64,000 bases of DNA from Micavibrio sp. (GCA_002695035.1 NZNU01000075.1:20462-84461), one strand, 5' to 3'. Counted from the first letter of the stretch, positions 18,872-29,604 are shown. Translations and numbers: made by a program. Notes: generated by a model from the letters alone, not told the origin.

Positions 18872-19681
18872 ATGAAAGTTCTATTTATCGGAGACATAGT
18901 TGGTGAACCTGGTAGAAACGCCCTTTCTGAGCATATGAACCAGCTAAAAAGCAGCCTTTCTCCGGACCTGATAATCGCTAATGCAGAAAATTCTGCGCAC
19001 GGATTCGGTCTTACTGAAAAAATTTGCAAAGGTCTTTACGAATTGGGCGTTGATTGCATAACAACTGGCAACCATGTTTGGGACCAGCGTGAAATGTTAT
19101 CGTATATTGACCGTGACAAATCAGTTATTCGCGCTGCAAATTTCCCGGATGGCGCCCCAGGACAGGGTGGATGTGTAAAAACATTACAGAACGGAAAAAA
19201 AATACTGGTTTTACATTTAATGGGACGGTTATTCATGGATGCTATGGACGATCCCTTTACTTGCGCAGATAAATATTTATCAAAATATAAACTTGGCAGT
19301 GGAATAGACGCCATATTTATAGATTTTCACGCAGAGGCTACAAGTGAAAAAATGGCCTTTGCACATTACGTGGATGGTCGCGTAAGCGGCGTGGTTGGAA
19401 CACATACACACGTACCAACCGCCGATGCCCAGATCCTTGAAGGCGGCACAGCTTTTCAATGTGATGCCGGCATGACAGGTAACTACAACAGCGTAATTGG
19501 CATGGACAAGAAAGTCCCGGTTGAAAGATTTGTTAAAAAAGTGCCTGGCAAACATCGTATGTCACCTGCCAAGGGGGAAGGGACAGTCTGCGGTGTATTT
19601 TTACAAACAGATGATATGACTGGACTCGCCAAGGAAATAAGGCCCATAAGGATAGGCCCGCGCCTAATCAGCACAGACTAA
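18872..19681 (+). CDS. YmdB-family metallophosphoesterase (TIGR00282-like)
   Basis: MKVLFIGDIVGEPGR...ANAENSAHGFG...GNHVWD...DFHAEATSEK...GTHTHVPTAD. Confidence 0.85.
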   Translation: MKVLFIGDIVGEPGRNALSEHMNQLKSSLSPDLIIANAENSAHGFGLTEKICKGLYELGVDCITTGNHVWDQREMLSYIDRDKSVIRAANFPDGAPGQGGCVKTLQNGKKILVLHLMGRLFMDAMDDPFTCADKYLSKYKLGSGIDAIFIDFHAEATSEKMAFAHYVDGRVSGVVGTHTHVPTADAQILEGGTAFQCDAGMTGNYNSVIGMDKKVPVERFVKKVPGKHRMSPAKGEGTVCGVFLQTDDMTGLAKEIRPIRIGPRLISTD

Positions 19682-19694
19682 CGCTACCTTTTCG

Positions 19695-20273
19695 CTACTT
19701 TAATTGGCGGATTTGAGCTGTTTCCGGATCGATATTTTTAGGATATTTTTCAAAATATCGTGACACAACCCCCTCAAGCTCGGCAATCATCACCTTTGCT
19801 TTAGGGTCTGTACTGCCTTTCATTTCATGTGAAAGCACATATTGAATTGAGGCGTAAAACGCCTTCACAATTTCAAGAGCCGGCCCGTCCGGAGCATCAA
19901 TCTTTTCCAGAAAATGAACAAGCAAATCGGCCATTTCGGTAATAACCGGATATTTAAAAGTTGAACCATTAGCTTTCATCTGCATAACAGGAAGGATCAG
20001 TGTTTCACATTTTTCCCTGTTGCTCATTTTATCACTCCCTTCAGAGAGGGACTGCATAGCACCTGTTAATTGGGCCAGATACGGGTCCGCGACAAGACGG
20101 AAATCCGCATTGTTACGATCTATAATCTCTTGTGCTTTTTCAATTATATTCTTGGGCAAACCACCACTTCCGACCTTTTGCTTGAGCCTGTTTGGTGGAT
20201 TAAAAAACTTTGCCTTCTTGCTCTTACCCTCGGGGAGGTCTTTATAAGATGTTGTGGTGGTTGTGCTACTCAT
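19695..20273 (-). CDS. Hypothetical helical protein, translationally coupled to the upstream response regulator
   Basis: Its start overlaps the response-regulator stop by 8 nt. It has a Thr-run and basic N-terminus, and the rest looks all-helical. No family recognised. Confidence 0.45.
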   Translation of the reverse strand: MSSTTTTTSYKDLPEGKSKKAKFFNPPNRLKQKVGSGGLPKNIIEKAQEIIDRNNADFRLVADPYLAQLTGAMQSLSEGSDKMSNREKCETLILPVMQMKANGSTFKYPVITEMADLLVHFLEKIDAPDGPALEIVKAFYASIQYVLSHEMKGSTDPKAKVMIAELEGVVSRYFEKYPKNIDPETAQIRQLK

Positions 20274-20850
20274 CGGGTCGCTCCACCATATCTAACTCTA
20301 TCTCTTTATCGTCTTTAACTTTCTCTATTTTTCGTTTCACTGCGTTCGGGTTTTCTTTCCCATCATCAGCATCCCTGCGGAAAGGGCCTCCGTAAAACTT
20401 ACCAAGGGTACGCCTTCTGTCAGGGCCAAAAAACCTGTCTGCCTTAACGAACTGTCTAGGGTTTTCAATTATTTGCACAAGTCGTTTATAAAGATCCTCT
20501 GCGCTAAAAGGCTTGGCCAGAAATTCTGTTATACCTGAATCTCGTGCAGTAAGAACTCTTCGTTTCTCGGAAAAGCCTGTCATTAATATTATCGGGACAA
20601 AAGGATTGAGCTTTCTATCACTTTCCCTGATTTTTTTTGCAAGCTCCAAGCCGTCCAAATCTTCCATAATCCAGTCGGTGATGACAAGATCGGGCTTGTA
20701 GACAACATATTTCTCGTAAGCCTCCGTTCCGCTCTTAGAGGTCACGACTTCACCAACTCCAAATAAAAGAAGCATGTTTTTCAGCAACTCGAGCATCAAA
20801 ACATTATCATCGGCAATGAGTATACAAACGGTTTTTAAATTATATGCCAT
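20266..20850 (-). CDS. Single-domain CheY-like response regulator with Arg-rich C-terminal extension
   Basis: Receiver residues are present: ADD, ITDW (phospho-Asp), MTG, AKP. The tail reads FFGPDRRRTLGKFYGGPFRRD. The ATG at 20850 is preferred over the track's TTG at 20868. Confidence 0.8.
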   Translation of the reverse strand: MAYNLKTVCILIADDNVLMLELLKNMLLLFGVGEVVTSKSGTEAYEKYVVYKPDLVITDWIMEDLDGLELAKKIRESDRKLNPFVPIILMTGFSEKRRVLTARDSGITEFLAKPFSAEDLYKRLVQIIENPRQFVKADRFFGPDRRRTLGKFYGGPFRRDADDGKENPNAVKRKIEKVKDDKEIELDMVERPDE

Positions 20851-21000
20851 GCTATAAAAGTGTAACAAAAAAAACTTAATAAAATATACAGCTTAGAAAA
20901 TAATATTATACATTTCTACAGAGCTTGAAAACCTCTTATTTCTTTAATAATCTTACAGACACAGTAATTACATCGCTAAATTTTACAAAGGCTTTTAAAA

Positions 21001-21759
21001 ATGGCAGGTCATTCCAAATTCAAAAACATCATGCACCGAAAAGGCGCACAGGATAAAAAACGCGCAAAGATTTTCGCAAAACTAGGGAAGGAAATCACAG
21101 TTGCGGCACGCTTGGGAGGTGGTGACCCTGATATGAACCCGCGCCTCCGGCTTGCCATTGCAACAGCAAAAGGCCAATCAATGCCAAAGGACAGGATTGA
21201 AAAAGCAATCGCGGTTGGCACAGGCGAAGGAAATGAGGATGTTGATTACACCGAAATGCGCTATGAAGGCTATGGCCCGGGTGGTGTCGCCGTAATAATT
21301 GACGCACTGACGGACAATAAAAACCGTACAGCTGGCGAGGTTCGGTCTGCTTTTACAAAGTATAACGGTAATCTTGGTGAGACAAATTCCGTATCTTTTA
21401 TGTTCGATCGCGTCGGTGAAATCGCTTATAAGGCTAACACCAGCAGCAAGGAAGACATGTTCGAAGCTGCCGTAGAGGCGGGCGCACAAGACGTTGAAAG
21501 TGACAGTGAGTATCACACGATAACATGCGACCCTGATGATTTTGCAGCTGTCAGGGATTCTCTTGAGAAGCGCTTTGGCGAACCTGATGAAAGCGCACTG
21601 GTTTGGAGACCCAATGTCGAAGCAGAAGTGACCGAAGATCAGGCATCAACTCTGCTTAAACTCATTGATGTTCTGGAAGATAATGACGATGTTCAAACCG
21701 TTACCACGAATTTTGATGTTTCCGACGAGGTTATGGAGAAACTTTTGGCCAATGGATAG
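21001..21759 (+). CDS. yebC: YebC/PmpR family DNA-binding regulator
   Basis: [23 protein letters not shown] is a canonical N-terminus. Confidence 0.9.
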   Translation: MAGHSKFKNIMHRKGAQDKKRAKIFAKLGKEITVAARLGGGDPDMNPRLRLAIATAKGQSMPKDRIEKAIAVGTGEGNEDVDYTEMRYEGYGPGGVAVIIDALTDNKNRTAGEVRSAFTKYNGNLGETNSVSFMFDRVGEIAYKANTSSKEDMFEAAVEAGAQDVESDSEYHTITCDPDDFAAVRDSLEKRFGEPDESALVWRPNVEAEVTEDQASTLLKLIDVLEDNDDVQTVTTNFDVSDEVMEKLLANG

Positions 21760-21767
21760 GCTTTAAC

Positions 21768-22262
21768 ATGCGTATTTTAGGAATTGACCCAGGCTTACAA
21801 AAAACCGGGTGGGGCATAATTGAAAGTGTTGGCTCGTCATTGCAATATATAGCCTCAGGCACAATCAAAACACAGGCAAAAGAGGCCACACCAAAGCGCC
21901 TTGCCTATATTGATAAAGAGCTGGAAAAAATCATCGAAGCTTTTTCTCCGGACACAGCTGCTGTTGAGGAAACATTCATTAATGCAGACCCGCAATCTGC
22001 CATTAAACTGGGTCAAGCAAGGGGGATTGCTCTCGTTGTTCCTGCAAGAAACGGTTTATCGGTCGGTGAATACGCCGCAAACAAAGTCAAAAAAAGCGTT
22101 GTCGGAGCAGGGCATGCAGGAAAGCAGCAGGTTGGCATGATGATTAAAGTCCTGCTTCCTAAGGCCGGGAAGCTTGGAGAAGATGAGGCGGATGCACTTG
22201 CAATTGCCATTTGCCATGCCCACCATAAACCTGTAAAAGAACGTATGGAGAACATTTGTTGA
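21768..22262 (+). CDS. ruvC: Holliday junction resolvase RuvC
   Basis: MRILGIDPGL...ADALAIAICHA. Confidence 0.9.
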   Translation: MRILGIDPGLQKTGWGIIESVGSSLQYIASGTIKTQAKEATPKRLAYIDKELEKIIEAFSPDTAAVEETFINADPQSAIKLGQARGIALVVPARNGLSVGEYAANKVKKSVVGAGHAGKQQVGMMIKVLLPKAGKLGEDEADALAIAICHAHHKPVKERMENIC

Positions 22263-22303
22263 TTCTTCGCAAGATTCTGCTATAGTTTAAAAGTCAGGTT
22301 ACC

Positions 22304-22945
22304 ATGATCGGAAAACTCTCTGGAAAAATAGACTCTAAAGAAGACGGTTACATCATTCTTGATGTGCAGGGTGTGGGATATGTAGTTTTTGTATCACCGC
22401 GCACACTTTCGCACATACCATCTTCAGGAGAAGCCACATCCGTTCTCATTGATACACATGTCCGCGAAGATCATATTCACCTATATGGATTTATAGACAA
22501 AACTGAACAAACCTGGTTCAGGCTTCTTACATCCGTACAGGGCGTTGGTGCAAAAGTCGGGCTTGCCATTCTGGGTGCCTGCCCACCTGATAAACTGCAA
22601 CTTGCCATAACCGCTCAAGATAAGGCTTTATTGACACAAGCGGATGGGGTAGGGCCTAAGCTGGCAACAAGAATAGTCACCGAATTAAAAGACAAGGCCG
22701 CCTCCGTTCAAACCTCTGATTTTACAGTCAAGGCTGCGGGAAGTTTCACCGACACTACGGCAAAGCCAAGTGCGTCGGTCGCTGGAGGTGTTGATAATGA
22801 TGCCGTTTCAGCCTTAATCAATCTTGGTTACGGACGTGCAGATGCGTTTTCTGCCGTTATGAAGGCGCGCGCCAATGCAAATGATGAAGAGGAGCCTAAC
22901 CTCCAAACCATGATACGCCTTGCTTTGAAGGAGCTTAGTGCCTGA
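22304..22945 (+). CDS. ruvA: Holliday junction DNA helicase RuvA
   Basis: MIGKLSGKI...GVGYVV...[13 protein letters not shown]...[13 protein letters not shown]. Confidence 0.9.
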   Translation: MIGKLSGKIDSKEDGYIILDVQGVGYVVFVSPRTLSHIPSSGEATSVLIDTHVREDHIHLYGFIDKTEQTWFRLLTSVQGVGAKVGLAILGACPPDKLQLAITAQDKALLTQADGVGPKLATRIVTELKDKAASVQTSDFTVKAAGSFTDTTAKPSASVAGGVDNDAVSALINLGYGRADAFSAVMKARANANDEEEPNLQTMIRLALKELSA

Positions 22946-23991
22946 TGAGTGATATTTTAGCAATGAAATCAGCAGAGCTTGAGGCAACGCGGGCCGACGG
23001 CGAAGATATGGAAGAACGCAGTTTGCGCCCTTTAGCCTTGGATGAATTTATAGGTCAGGAAGCTTTGCGCGCCAATTTAAAAGTTTTTATTGAAAGCGCA
23101 TCCGGACGGAAAGAAGCAATGGACCATGTCCTGTTATTTGGTCCTCCAGGTCTTGGGAAAACAACACTGGCACAAATCATTTCCCGTGAACTCGGTGTGG
23201 GGTTTCGCGCAACATCTGGTCCTGTCATCGCAAAATCCGGCGATCTGGCGGCGATCCTGACCAATTTAGAACCCCATGATGTACTGTTTATAGATGAAAT
23301 ACACCGTCTTAATCCGGCTGTAGAAGAAATTCTTTATCCAGCGATGGAAGATCATAAGCTTGATCTTATTATAGGTGAGGGGCCCGCTGCGCGTTCCGTG
23401 CAAATAGACTTGCCACCTTTTACTTTGGTAGGCGCAACTACACGAAGCGGACTTCTGACCAATCCTTTGCGAGACCGTTTTGGTATTCCTCTGAGGCTTG
23501 AGTTTTACTCTTTCGAAAATCTTGCTGAAATTGTAAAGCGCAGTGCCACTATCATGGAATTTGAAATTGATGAGGGTGGTGCGCTTGAGATTGCGAAGAG
23601 ATCACGTGGAACACCCAGGATTGCCGGCAGACTGACCAGAAGAGTACGGGATTTTGCGCATGCCGGCAAACATTCCCTCATCACTGCTGAGGTGGCTGAT
23701 AAAGCGCTTCTTCGCTTGGATGTTGATGGCGAAGGTCTTGATGGCATGGATCGCCGCTATCTCGATTGTATAGTGGAACATTATTCAGGCGGACCTGTTG
23801 GTATTGAAACACTCGCTGCCTATCTCTCAGAACAACGAGATGTTTTGGAGGAGGTCGTTGAACCCTATCTTTTACAAAAAGGGTACATACAACGTACACC
23901 CCGCGGACGAGTAGTATCCCAGAGCGGTTATAAATATCTTGGCCTAGAAGCAACCTCATCTCCGTCACAATCAGGATTGTTTGAAAAATGA
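22945..23991 (+). CDS. ruvB: Holliday junction DNA helicase RuvB
   Basis: Walker [10 protein letters not shown] and Walker B LFIDEIHR. There is a 1-nt overlap with ruvA. Confidence 0.95.
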   Translation: MSDILAMKSAELEATRADGEDMEERSLRPLALDEFIGQEALRANLKVFIESASGRKEAMDHVLLFGPPGLGKTTLAQIISRELGVGFRATSGPVIAKSGDLAAILTNLEPHDVLFIDEIHRLNPAVEEILYPAMEDHKLDLIIGEGPAARSVQIDLPPFTLVGATTRSGLLTNPLRDRFGIPLRLEFYSFENLAEIVKRSATIMEFEIDEGGALEIAKRSRGTPRIAGRLTRRVRDFAHAGKHSLITAEVADKALLRLDVDGEGLDGMDRRYLDCIVEHYSGGPVGIETLAAYLSEQRDVLEEVVEPYLLQKGYIQRTPRGRVVSQSGYKYLGLEATSSPSQSGLFEK

Positions 23992-24386
23992 GCCACTCTA
24001 TCCCTATACGTATATATTATGAGGATACAGATGCCGGAGGCGTAGTTTATCATGCAAGCTATATACGCTTTGCGGAACGGGGGCGTACGGAGTTTTTGCG
24101 CCATGTCGGTTTTGAAAACACTCAAATTTATAAAGACTTTGGCGTTTTGTTCGTTGTCCGGCATCTTGACGCGGATTATCTGTCACCTGCGTTTCTCGAC
24201 GACTACCTGACTTTGATCACCGAAGTAACCTCTATGAAGAATACATCATTTATTATGTCGCACAGACTTGAAAATGATGAAAAAAGTATATTTGAGATGA
24301 AAGTTGTTATCGCCTGCATCGGTGAGGATAAACGTCCTGTAAAAATACCTGAAGTTTTACGGAATGCCTTGCAAGATTTACAATAG
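23988..24386 (+). CDS. ybgC: Tol-Pal associated acyl-CoA thioesterase YbgC
   Basis: 4HBT hot-dog start [19 protein letters not shown]. There is a 4-nt overlap with ruvB, and the gene lies upstream of tolQ. Confidence 0.85.
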   Translation: MSHSIPIRIYYEDTDAGGVVYHASYIRFAERGRTEFLRHVGFENTQIYKDFGVLFVVRHLDADYLSPAFLDDYLTLITEVTSMKNTSFIMSHRLENDEKSIFEMKVVIACIGEDKRPVKIPEVLRNALQDLQ

Positions 24387-24439
24387 GGTGCTCAAATAGC
24401 AACTCCTTGAAAAAAGACCTATGAAGGAGTCGTTCTCTT

Positions 24440-25207
24440 ATGGAACCTGAAACCGCCCTTAGTACAGTTGACGCAGCCACTCTTGCCGGCTCTGTTTCTC
24501 ATGATCTAAGTATGTTCGGCCTTTTCCTGGCAGCCGACATAGTCGTTAAAATCGTTATGCTTATGCTTTTGTCAGCTTCTGTCTGGTGCTGGGCAATTAT
24601 AATTTCAAAGCGACGCACGCTTAAAAACCTTAATAAGCGCGCTGACAGGTTCGAAGAGGCTTTCTGGTCAGGTGAGCCTCTTGATAAGCTTTACGAACGT
24701 GTAAAGCGTAGTAAACCGGATCCTTTGCTAAAAGCTTTTATTTCAGGTATGGACGAATGGAAAACAGCAACCAGTGAAGGAATACCTTCCTCTGAAAGCC
24801 TGCAAGCCAGCTTAAAACAACGTGTTGAGCGTGCAATGACACTTTCAATCTCGCGAGAATTAAATGCGTTAGAGCGAGGCATGACATTCCTTGCCAGCGT
24901 CGGCTCGACAGCGCCTTTCATAGGTTTATTTGGTACTGTGTGGGGAATTATGAACTCCTTCACAGCGATTGCAGGTTCTAACAATACGTCCCTTGCAGTT
25001 GTGGCTCCCGGTATTGCTGAGGCACTTTTTGCCACAGCTCTGGGACTTGTCGCGGCTATTCCTGCGGTTATCGCATATAACGTCTTTTCAACCACAATAA
25101 ACGGATATGCCGACCGTCTGGATGATTTTACCGCTGAGTTTATGACGATACTAACCCGTCATCTTGATAAAAGAGATGGCAGCCCCCATTCCAGAAAGGT
25201 TGCGTAA
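24440..25207 (+). CDS. tolQ: Tol-Pal system protein TolQ
   Basis: MotA/TolQ/ExbB signature LASVGSTAPFIGLFGTVWGIM...PGIAEAL. Confidence 0.9.
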   Translation: MEPETALSTVDAATLAGSVSHDLSMFGLFLAADIVVKIVMLMLLSASVWCWAIIISKRRTLKNLNKRADRFEEAFWSGEPLDKLYERVKRSKPDPLLKAFISGMDEWKTATSEGIPSSESLQASLKQRVERAMTLSISRELNALERGMTFLASVGSTAPFIGLFGTVWGIMNSFTAIAGSNNTSLAVVAPGIAEALFATALGLVAAIPAVIAYNVFSTTINGYADRLDDFTAEFMTILTRHLDKRDGSPHSRKVA

Positions 25208-25214
25208 TTAAGTC

Positions 25215-25664
25215 ATGGGCATGAGTCTTAATACAAATTCCGGAAGAAGCAACGGCGGTCGTAGACGTAGCCGATCCCAGATGTCAGACATTAATGTGAC
25301 GCCTTTTGTGGACGTCATGCTTGTTCTTCTGATCGTATTTATGGTTACAGCCCCATTGTTAACAGCGGGTGTGCAGGTGGACTTGCCAACAAATAATGCT
25401 GCACCTGTAACTAACAGTGATGATAAGCCTATAGAAGTTAGCCTTACCAAAGAAGGGGGCATCTTTGTTGGCGAGACTGAAGTCACAATCGAAAAACTGG
25501 GGGGCGTTTTATCAAATGTTGCGAAGGAAAACAATCAGGATCAACGTATCTTTGTTCGCGGAGATAAAGGAATAGCTTACGGTGATATCATGGAGCTGAT
25601 CGGCACCATATCCGAAGCCGGCTTTACCAAAATTGCCCTTGTTTCCGAACCTGTCGGCAATTAA
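25215..25664 (+). CDS. tolR: Tol-Pal system protein TolR
   Basis: ExbD/TolR signature MSDINVTPFVDVMLVLLIVFMV. Confidence 0.85.
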   Translation: MGMSLNTNSGRSNGGRRRSRSQMSDINVTPFVDVMLVLLIVFMVTAPLLTAGVQVDLPTNNAAPVTNSDDKPIEVSLTKEGGIFVGETEVTIEKLGGVLSNVAKENNQDQRIFVRGDKGIAYGDIMELIGTISEAGFTKIALVSEPVGN

Positions 25665-25690
25665 TTCGAGTCCTGCATAGGAAATAAAGC

Positions 25691-26659
25691 ATGTCAGACG
25701 AACTGGAAAATGATCGTATAAAACCTGAAAGCGACCCTGAGCAAGGCGCTGGTCTAAAACGCGCTATAATTATCTCTTCAGTATTTCACATCGCTGTTCT
25801 CCTTTTTCTAATAATAGGCATGCCTCATATATCAACACGAGATTTCGATGCACCTCCGCCTGTTATGGTCGAGCTTGCCCCCATTTCAGATATTGCCCAG
25901 ACCGATAAAGCACCTGTTAAGGCTCCGAAGCCTGAGCAGCCTCCAGAAGAAGAGAAAACACCTCCAAAGCAAGAGGACATCAAAAAAGAACCTCAAAAAG
26001 CACAACCAGAGCCAAAACCTGAACCCAAGCCTGAACCAAAAAAGGAAAAGGCACCAGAACCTCCTAAGGAAGATTTAGCGCCACCCGAAGAAGAGAAGCC
26101 TCAACCCAAGCCTGAGCCCGAACCAAAACCTGAACCTGAGCCTGAACCAAAGCCCGAGCTAAAAAAGGAAGAGCCAAAGCCTGAACCAAAAAAAGAGGAA
26201 CCTAAAGAGGTTGATTCAGATAGTGCTTTTGACTCCATATTAAAAGATCTGTCGCCGACTGAGGCTGAATTTGAAAACCCTGCTGAAAACGAAAATGCTG
26301 ATCCTGATGCCTTACCGCAACCCACACCTGATGCGCCACTCGGTGCACAGTTGACTATGACTGAATTAGATGCCCTGAGATATCAACTTATGCAGTGTTG
26401 GAACGTGCCGGCTGGCGCCCAAGGTGCACAAGACCTTAACGTAGAAGTTCGCATTACTGTTAATCCGGACCGCACACCCAGAAATGTGGAAATTATAAAT
26501 ACGTCTCGTTATAATAGTGATCCATTTTACAGGGCAGCAGCGGATTCAGCTCGACGCGCAGTTTTAAACCCAAGTTGCAGCCCGCTCAAATTGCCGCCGG
26601 AAAAATACGATCAATGGAAAACAACCATTGTCAATTTCAATCCAAGCGATATGTTTTAA
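25691..26659 (+). CDS. tolA: Tol-Pal system protein TolA
   Basis: One TM helix, a long P/E/K-rich spacer and a C-terminal TolA/TonB-like domain. It sits between tolR and tolB. Confidence 0.75.
   Translation: MSDELENDRIKPESDPEQGAGLKRAIIISSVFHIAVLLFLIIGMPHISTRDFDAPPPVMVELAPISDIAQTDKAPVKAPKPEQPPEEEKTPPKQEDIKKEPQKAQPEPKPEPKPEPKKEKAPEPPKEDLAPPEEEKPQPKPEPEPKPEPEPEPKPELKKEEPKPEPKKEEPKEVDSDSAFDSILKDLSPTEAEFENPAENENADPDALPQPTPDAPLGAQLTMTELDALRYQLMQCWNVPAGAQGAQDLNVEVRITVNPDRTPRNVEIINTSRYNSDPFYRAAADSARRAVLNPSCSPLKLPPEKYDQWKTTIVNFNPSDMF
25907..26209 (+). repeat. In-frame low-complexity PEPK/KPE tandem repeats (TolA domain II)
   Basis: About 100 aa made almost only of P, E and K (PEPKPEPKPEPKKEK...PEPEPKPEPEPEPKPELKKEEPKPEPKKEEPKE). 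Confidence 0.8.
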
Positions 26660-26682
26660 TATAATAAAGGAAACCAGAAACC

Positions 26683-27987
26683 ATGAAGTTTTATAAAATT
26701 CTCACGCTTTTCACGGCGATTATATTCTTGTCATCACCAGCTCATGCCGAGCTGAGAGTCGATGTAAACAGGGGTGTTGTTGAACCTATTCCAACTGCCA
26801 TACCTGACTTTTATGCTGAGCCAGGAGCCAATGCACAACTTGCGAACCTCATCCCAGAGATTGTAAGAGCTGACCTTGAAAGCTCAGGACTTTTCCGCAT
26901 TTTACCGGAAAGTGCATATATCCAAGATTCTGCATCACTTAGCTCTGCCCCTCGTTTTCCCGAATGGCGCGCTATATCGGCACAAGCCCTTGTTGCCGGT
27001 AATGTTACTGCGGCGGGCAAGGTGGAGTACCGTCTATATGATGTTTTCTCACAAACCCAGTTAAACGGTATGGCTTATAATGTGACAGCAGATAATGTGC
27101 GCCGAATAGCGCATATCATTGCCGATGATATTTATAAGCGCATTACTGGTGAAGAAGGCTATTTTGACACACGCATTGTCTATATTGCAGAGGCCGGATC
27201 AGGTGGAAGCCGTGCGAAACGTTTGGCTATTATGGATCAGGATGGCGCCAATCATAAGTACTTAACTGATGGCAACGACTTGGTACTAACTCCTCGTTTC
27301 TCACCAAATGAGCAAATGATTACATATCTTTCTTATAAAGGTGGTAAGCCGCGTGTATACGTATATGATCTGAATACAGGCCGACAGCAGATTTTGGGGG
27401 ATTTTCCGGGCATGACCTTTGCGCCGCGCTTCTCACCTAACGGCAATAAAATCATTATGTCTCTAGCCAAAAGCGGTAACACGGATATTTATGAGATGAA
27501 TTTGGACAAAAGACAGTCCAGACAATTGACATCAAATCCGGCCATTGATACAGCGCCGAGTTATTCACCAGATGGCAATCAGATTACATTTGAGTCAGAC
27601 CGCGGTGGATCACAACAAATCTATGTGATGGATGCTAATGGTAATAATGCCAAACGCATTACTTTCGGGAAGGGGCGCTATGCAAGTCCTGTATGGTCAC
27701 CTCGTGGCGACCTGATCGCATTCACTAAAATGGAAGGCGGGAAGTTTTATATTGGTGTCATCCGTCCGGATGGGTCAGGTGAGAGACTTATAACCACAGC
27801 TTATCACGTGGAGGGTCCTACATGGGCACCAAACGGAAGATATCTTGCTTATTTCAAAGAAACACCAACTGGAAATGGTCGCTCGGCGAAGGTTTATGCG
27901 ATTGATCTTACAGGGCGTAATGAATGGCGCATGAAAACTCCGGGCGACGGCTCAGACCCGGCCTGGTCACCACTTCATGAAAACTAA
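26683..27987 (+). CDS. tolB: Tol-Pal system beta-propeller protein TolB
   Basis: Signal peptide, a TolB N-domain and repeated PxFSPDG/SPNG propeller blades. Confidence 0.95.
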   Translation: MKFYKILTLFTAIIFLSSPAHAELRVDVNRGVVEPIPTAIPDFYAEPGANAQLANLIPEIVRADLESSGLFRILPESAYIQDSASLSSAPRFPEWRAISAQALVAGNVTAAGKVEYRLYDVFSQTQLNGMAYNVTADNVRRIAHIIADDIYKRITGEEGYFDTRIVYIAEAGSGGSRAKRLAIMDQDGANHKYLTDGNDLVLTPRFSPNEQMITYLSYKGGKPRVYVYDLNTGRQQILGDFPGMTFAPRFSPNGNKIIMSLAKSGNTDIYEMNLDKRQSRQLTSNPAIDTAPSYSPDGNQITFESDRGGSQQIYVMDANGNNAKRITFGKGRYASPVWSPRGDLIAFTKMEGGKFYIGVIRPDGSGERLITTAYHVEGPTWAPNGRYLAYFKETPTGNGRSAKVYAIDLTGRNEWRMKTPGDGSDPAWSPLHEN

Positions 27988-27988
27988 G

Positions 27989-28465
27989 TTACTTGATATG
28001 GCCCTTAAACAGGGCCATAACTTTAATGTAAGTATCCTTTTTAAAAGGCACGATATAGTCCAGCAGATCAGGGAAGGGGAGCCATTTCCACCTTGAAAAC
28101 TCTGGCGGGTCATGCGCCAGAATATCTATGTCAGTATCAGATCCTGTGAACTTAAACGCCAGCCAAACCTGTTCCTGACCGCGGAATCTACCACGCCATA
28201 ATCTCTTTTGCAGCTCAGGAGGAAGGTCATAGCTTGTTTTTTCAGTGGCAATCTCAAGTAGTTCAAGGTGGCGCTTTTCAATTCCTGTCTCTTCATAAAG
28301 CTCTCTATAAGCTGCCGTTTCAATATCTTCGCCTTCATCAATCCCGCCTTGGGGCATTTGCCAGGCACCAGGCGTATCAATTCTTTCTCCTGCAAAAACG
28401 TCCCCCTCTTCATTAAAAATAACGAGACCGATATTTTGACGATATGGCAAATCCTCAAGTGACAT
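27989..28465 (-). CDS. rppH: RNA pyrophosphohydrolase (Nudix)
   Basis: Nudix box GGIDEGEDIETAAYRELYEETGI. The YR.N.G N-terminus is typical of RppH. Confidence 0.9.
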   Translation of the reverse strand: MSLEDLPYRQNIGLVIFNEEGDVFAGERIDTPGAWQMPQGGIDEGEDIETAAYRELYEETGIEKRHLELLEIATEKTSYDLPPELQKRLWRGRFRGQEQVWLAFKFTGSDTDIDILAHDPPEFSRWKWLPFPDLLDYIVPFKKDTYIKVMALFKGHIK

Positions 28466-28470
28466 AAAAA

Positions 28471-29565
28471 CTAGATGTCCGATCTGACCAGACGTGTAAG
28501 TGGCACAAGCTGCAAGCCTTGCCTTGACATACGTTCTGTAAGTTCTTTTATAACCTTGAATGCCTTTGGGTTAGCCTCTACAACCATTATGCCTTTGCTT
28601 TGTTGCAAGGTCTGGTCTATGAAGCTGTTAAAGTCTTCTTGGCGGATCTCCAGGTTCTCGTTTCGCGATAAATAAAACTCAGGTGCGCCACTTTTCCCCT
28701 GCAAAAACAAGCCGTAACCGCGCTCTTTACCCTCAGTTAGTAAAAACCTGAGATCAGAGGAGGCGTTAGTCTTGTTCCGTGCATTCGTATAAAGACCGGG
28801 GATGGCAAGTGAAGATGACATTATATTGTGAAGTCGGTTTGTGTTTTGCTCTAATGTGGCTTTCGAGCGCAAAGTATAAGGACCATTATCACTGATAACA
28901 CCACTGGTATTTTCCAGAGGTACATTCAGCCATACTTCGAAATTATTATTCCTTGCTTCTGCCACTTTCTGCGGCAGGTTGGCAACATACGGGCTTGCAA
29001 TCAAAGTCGAAAACTCCGGTAAGTTACCATATATAGCAGAATTAATTTTCTCAGAAAGACCAAAGTCCAAGATAAGCAAGCTGTAGAGGGCTTGTGTATT
29101 TCTTTTAACTTTAGGCGGTGTCAGGGAATAGGCCTCAAGAACTTTTGTATCTGTCGGATTGTCAACTACGGCCGGAATTGCTCCAAATTCTGTCTCCTCA
29201 AAATCCGGATCACCAAGAACAACCTTTTCCTCAAGTTCAACATCCTCAAACTCTTCAGAATCTTCCTGCTGAACTGTATTAACCTTATTAGTCTCAGTTT
29301 CGGTCCCCTCTGATGTTTCAGCATACTCTTCCTGCTGATTAGTTTCAGAGGCTATTTCATTTTCGGTCTCAGCCTCCAAATCATCATCTAAAGAGGCAAG
29401 GTCATCCGGAGAGGCCATGTCTGCCTGAATTTCAACATCAACACTGTGGAGCCTTTTAGAACTGTCAACTGTGTTGCCGCCAAAAAGCAGCAAGATACCA
29501 CCAGTTACAGCCATTAAGGCAATAAATGTCCCAATAGTCAAAGATATGGAAAGCTTTTGATGCAT
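28471..29565 (-). CDS. Divergent polysaccharide deacetylase family protein (YibQ-like)
   Basis: N-terminal TM helix, an acidic linker and a C-terminal ~220-aa domain. Its position after envC-ctpA matches the envC/yibQ linkage known from proteobacteria. Confidence 0.65.
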   Translation of the reverse strand: MHQKLSISLTIGTFIALMAVTGGILLLFGGNTVDSSKRLHSVDVEIQADMASPDDLASLDDDLEAETENEIASETNQQEEYAETSEGTETETNKVNTVQQEDSEEFEDVELEEKVVLGDPDFEETEFGAIPAVVDNPTDTKVLEAYSLTPPKVKRNTQALYSLLILDFGLSEKINSAIYGNLPEFSTLIASPYVANLPQKVAEARNNNFEVWLNVPLENTSGVISDNGPYTLRSKATLEQNTNRLHNIMSSSLAIPGLYTNARNKTNASSDLRFLLTEGKERGYGLFLQGKSGAPEFYLSRNENLEIRQEDFNSFIDQTLQQSKGIMVVEANPKAFKVIKELTERMSRQGLQLVPLTRLVRSDI

Positions 29566-29604
29566 ACATACCTTTCACTTAGAAAAAACAGACTATAGAT
29601 TGCC

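Noticed and set aside
21009-21516. Minus-strand ORFs of 70-112 aa overlapping yebC, and similar short overlapping ORFs throughout the track (inside tkt, gap, tolQ, pepN, ruvB and others)
   Set aside because: Each is fully embedded in or antisense to a confidently identified conserved gene. None has a recognisable motif or translation signal.
25907-26209. Highly repetitive CCTGA(A/G)CC(A/C)AA(A/G) DNA that could look like a tandem repeat or array
   Set aside because: It is in frame inside tolA and encodes the expected Pro/Glu/Lys-rich spacer domain. It has no spacer-repeat periodicity of the CRISPR type.
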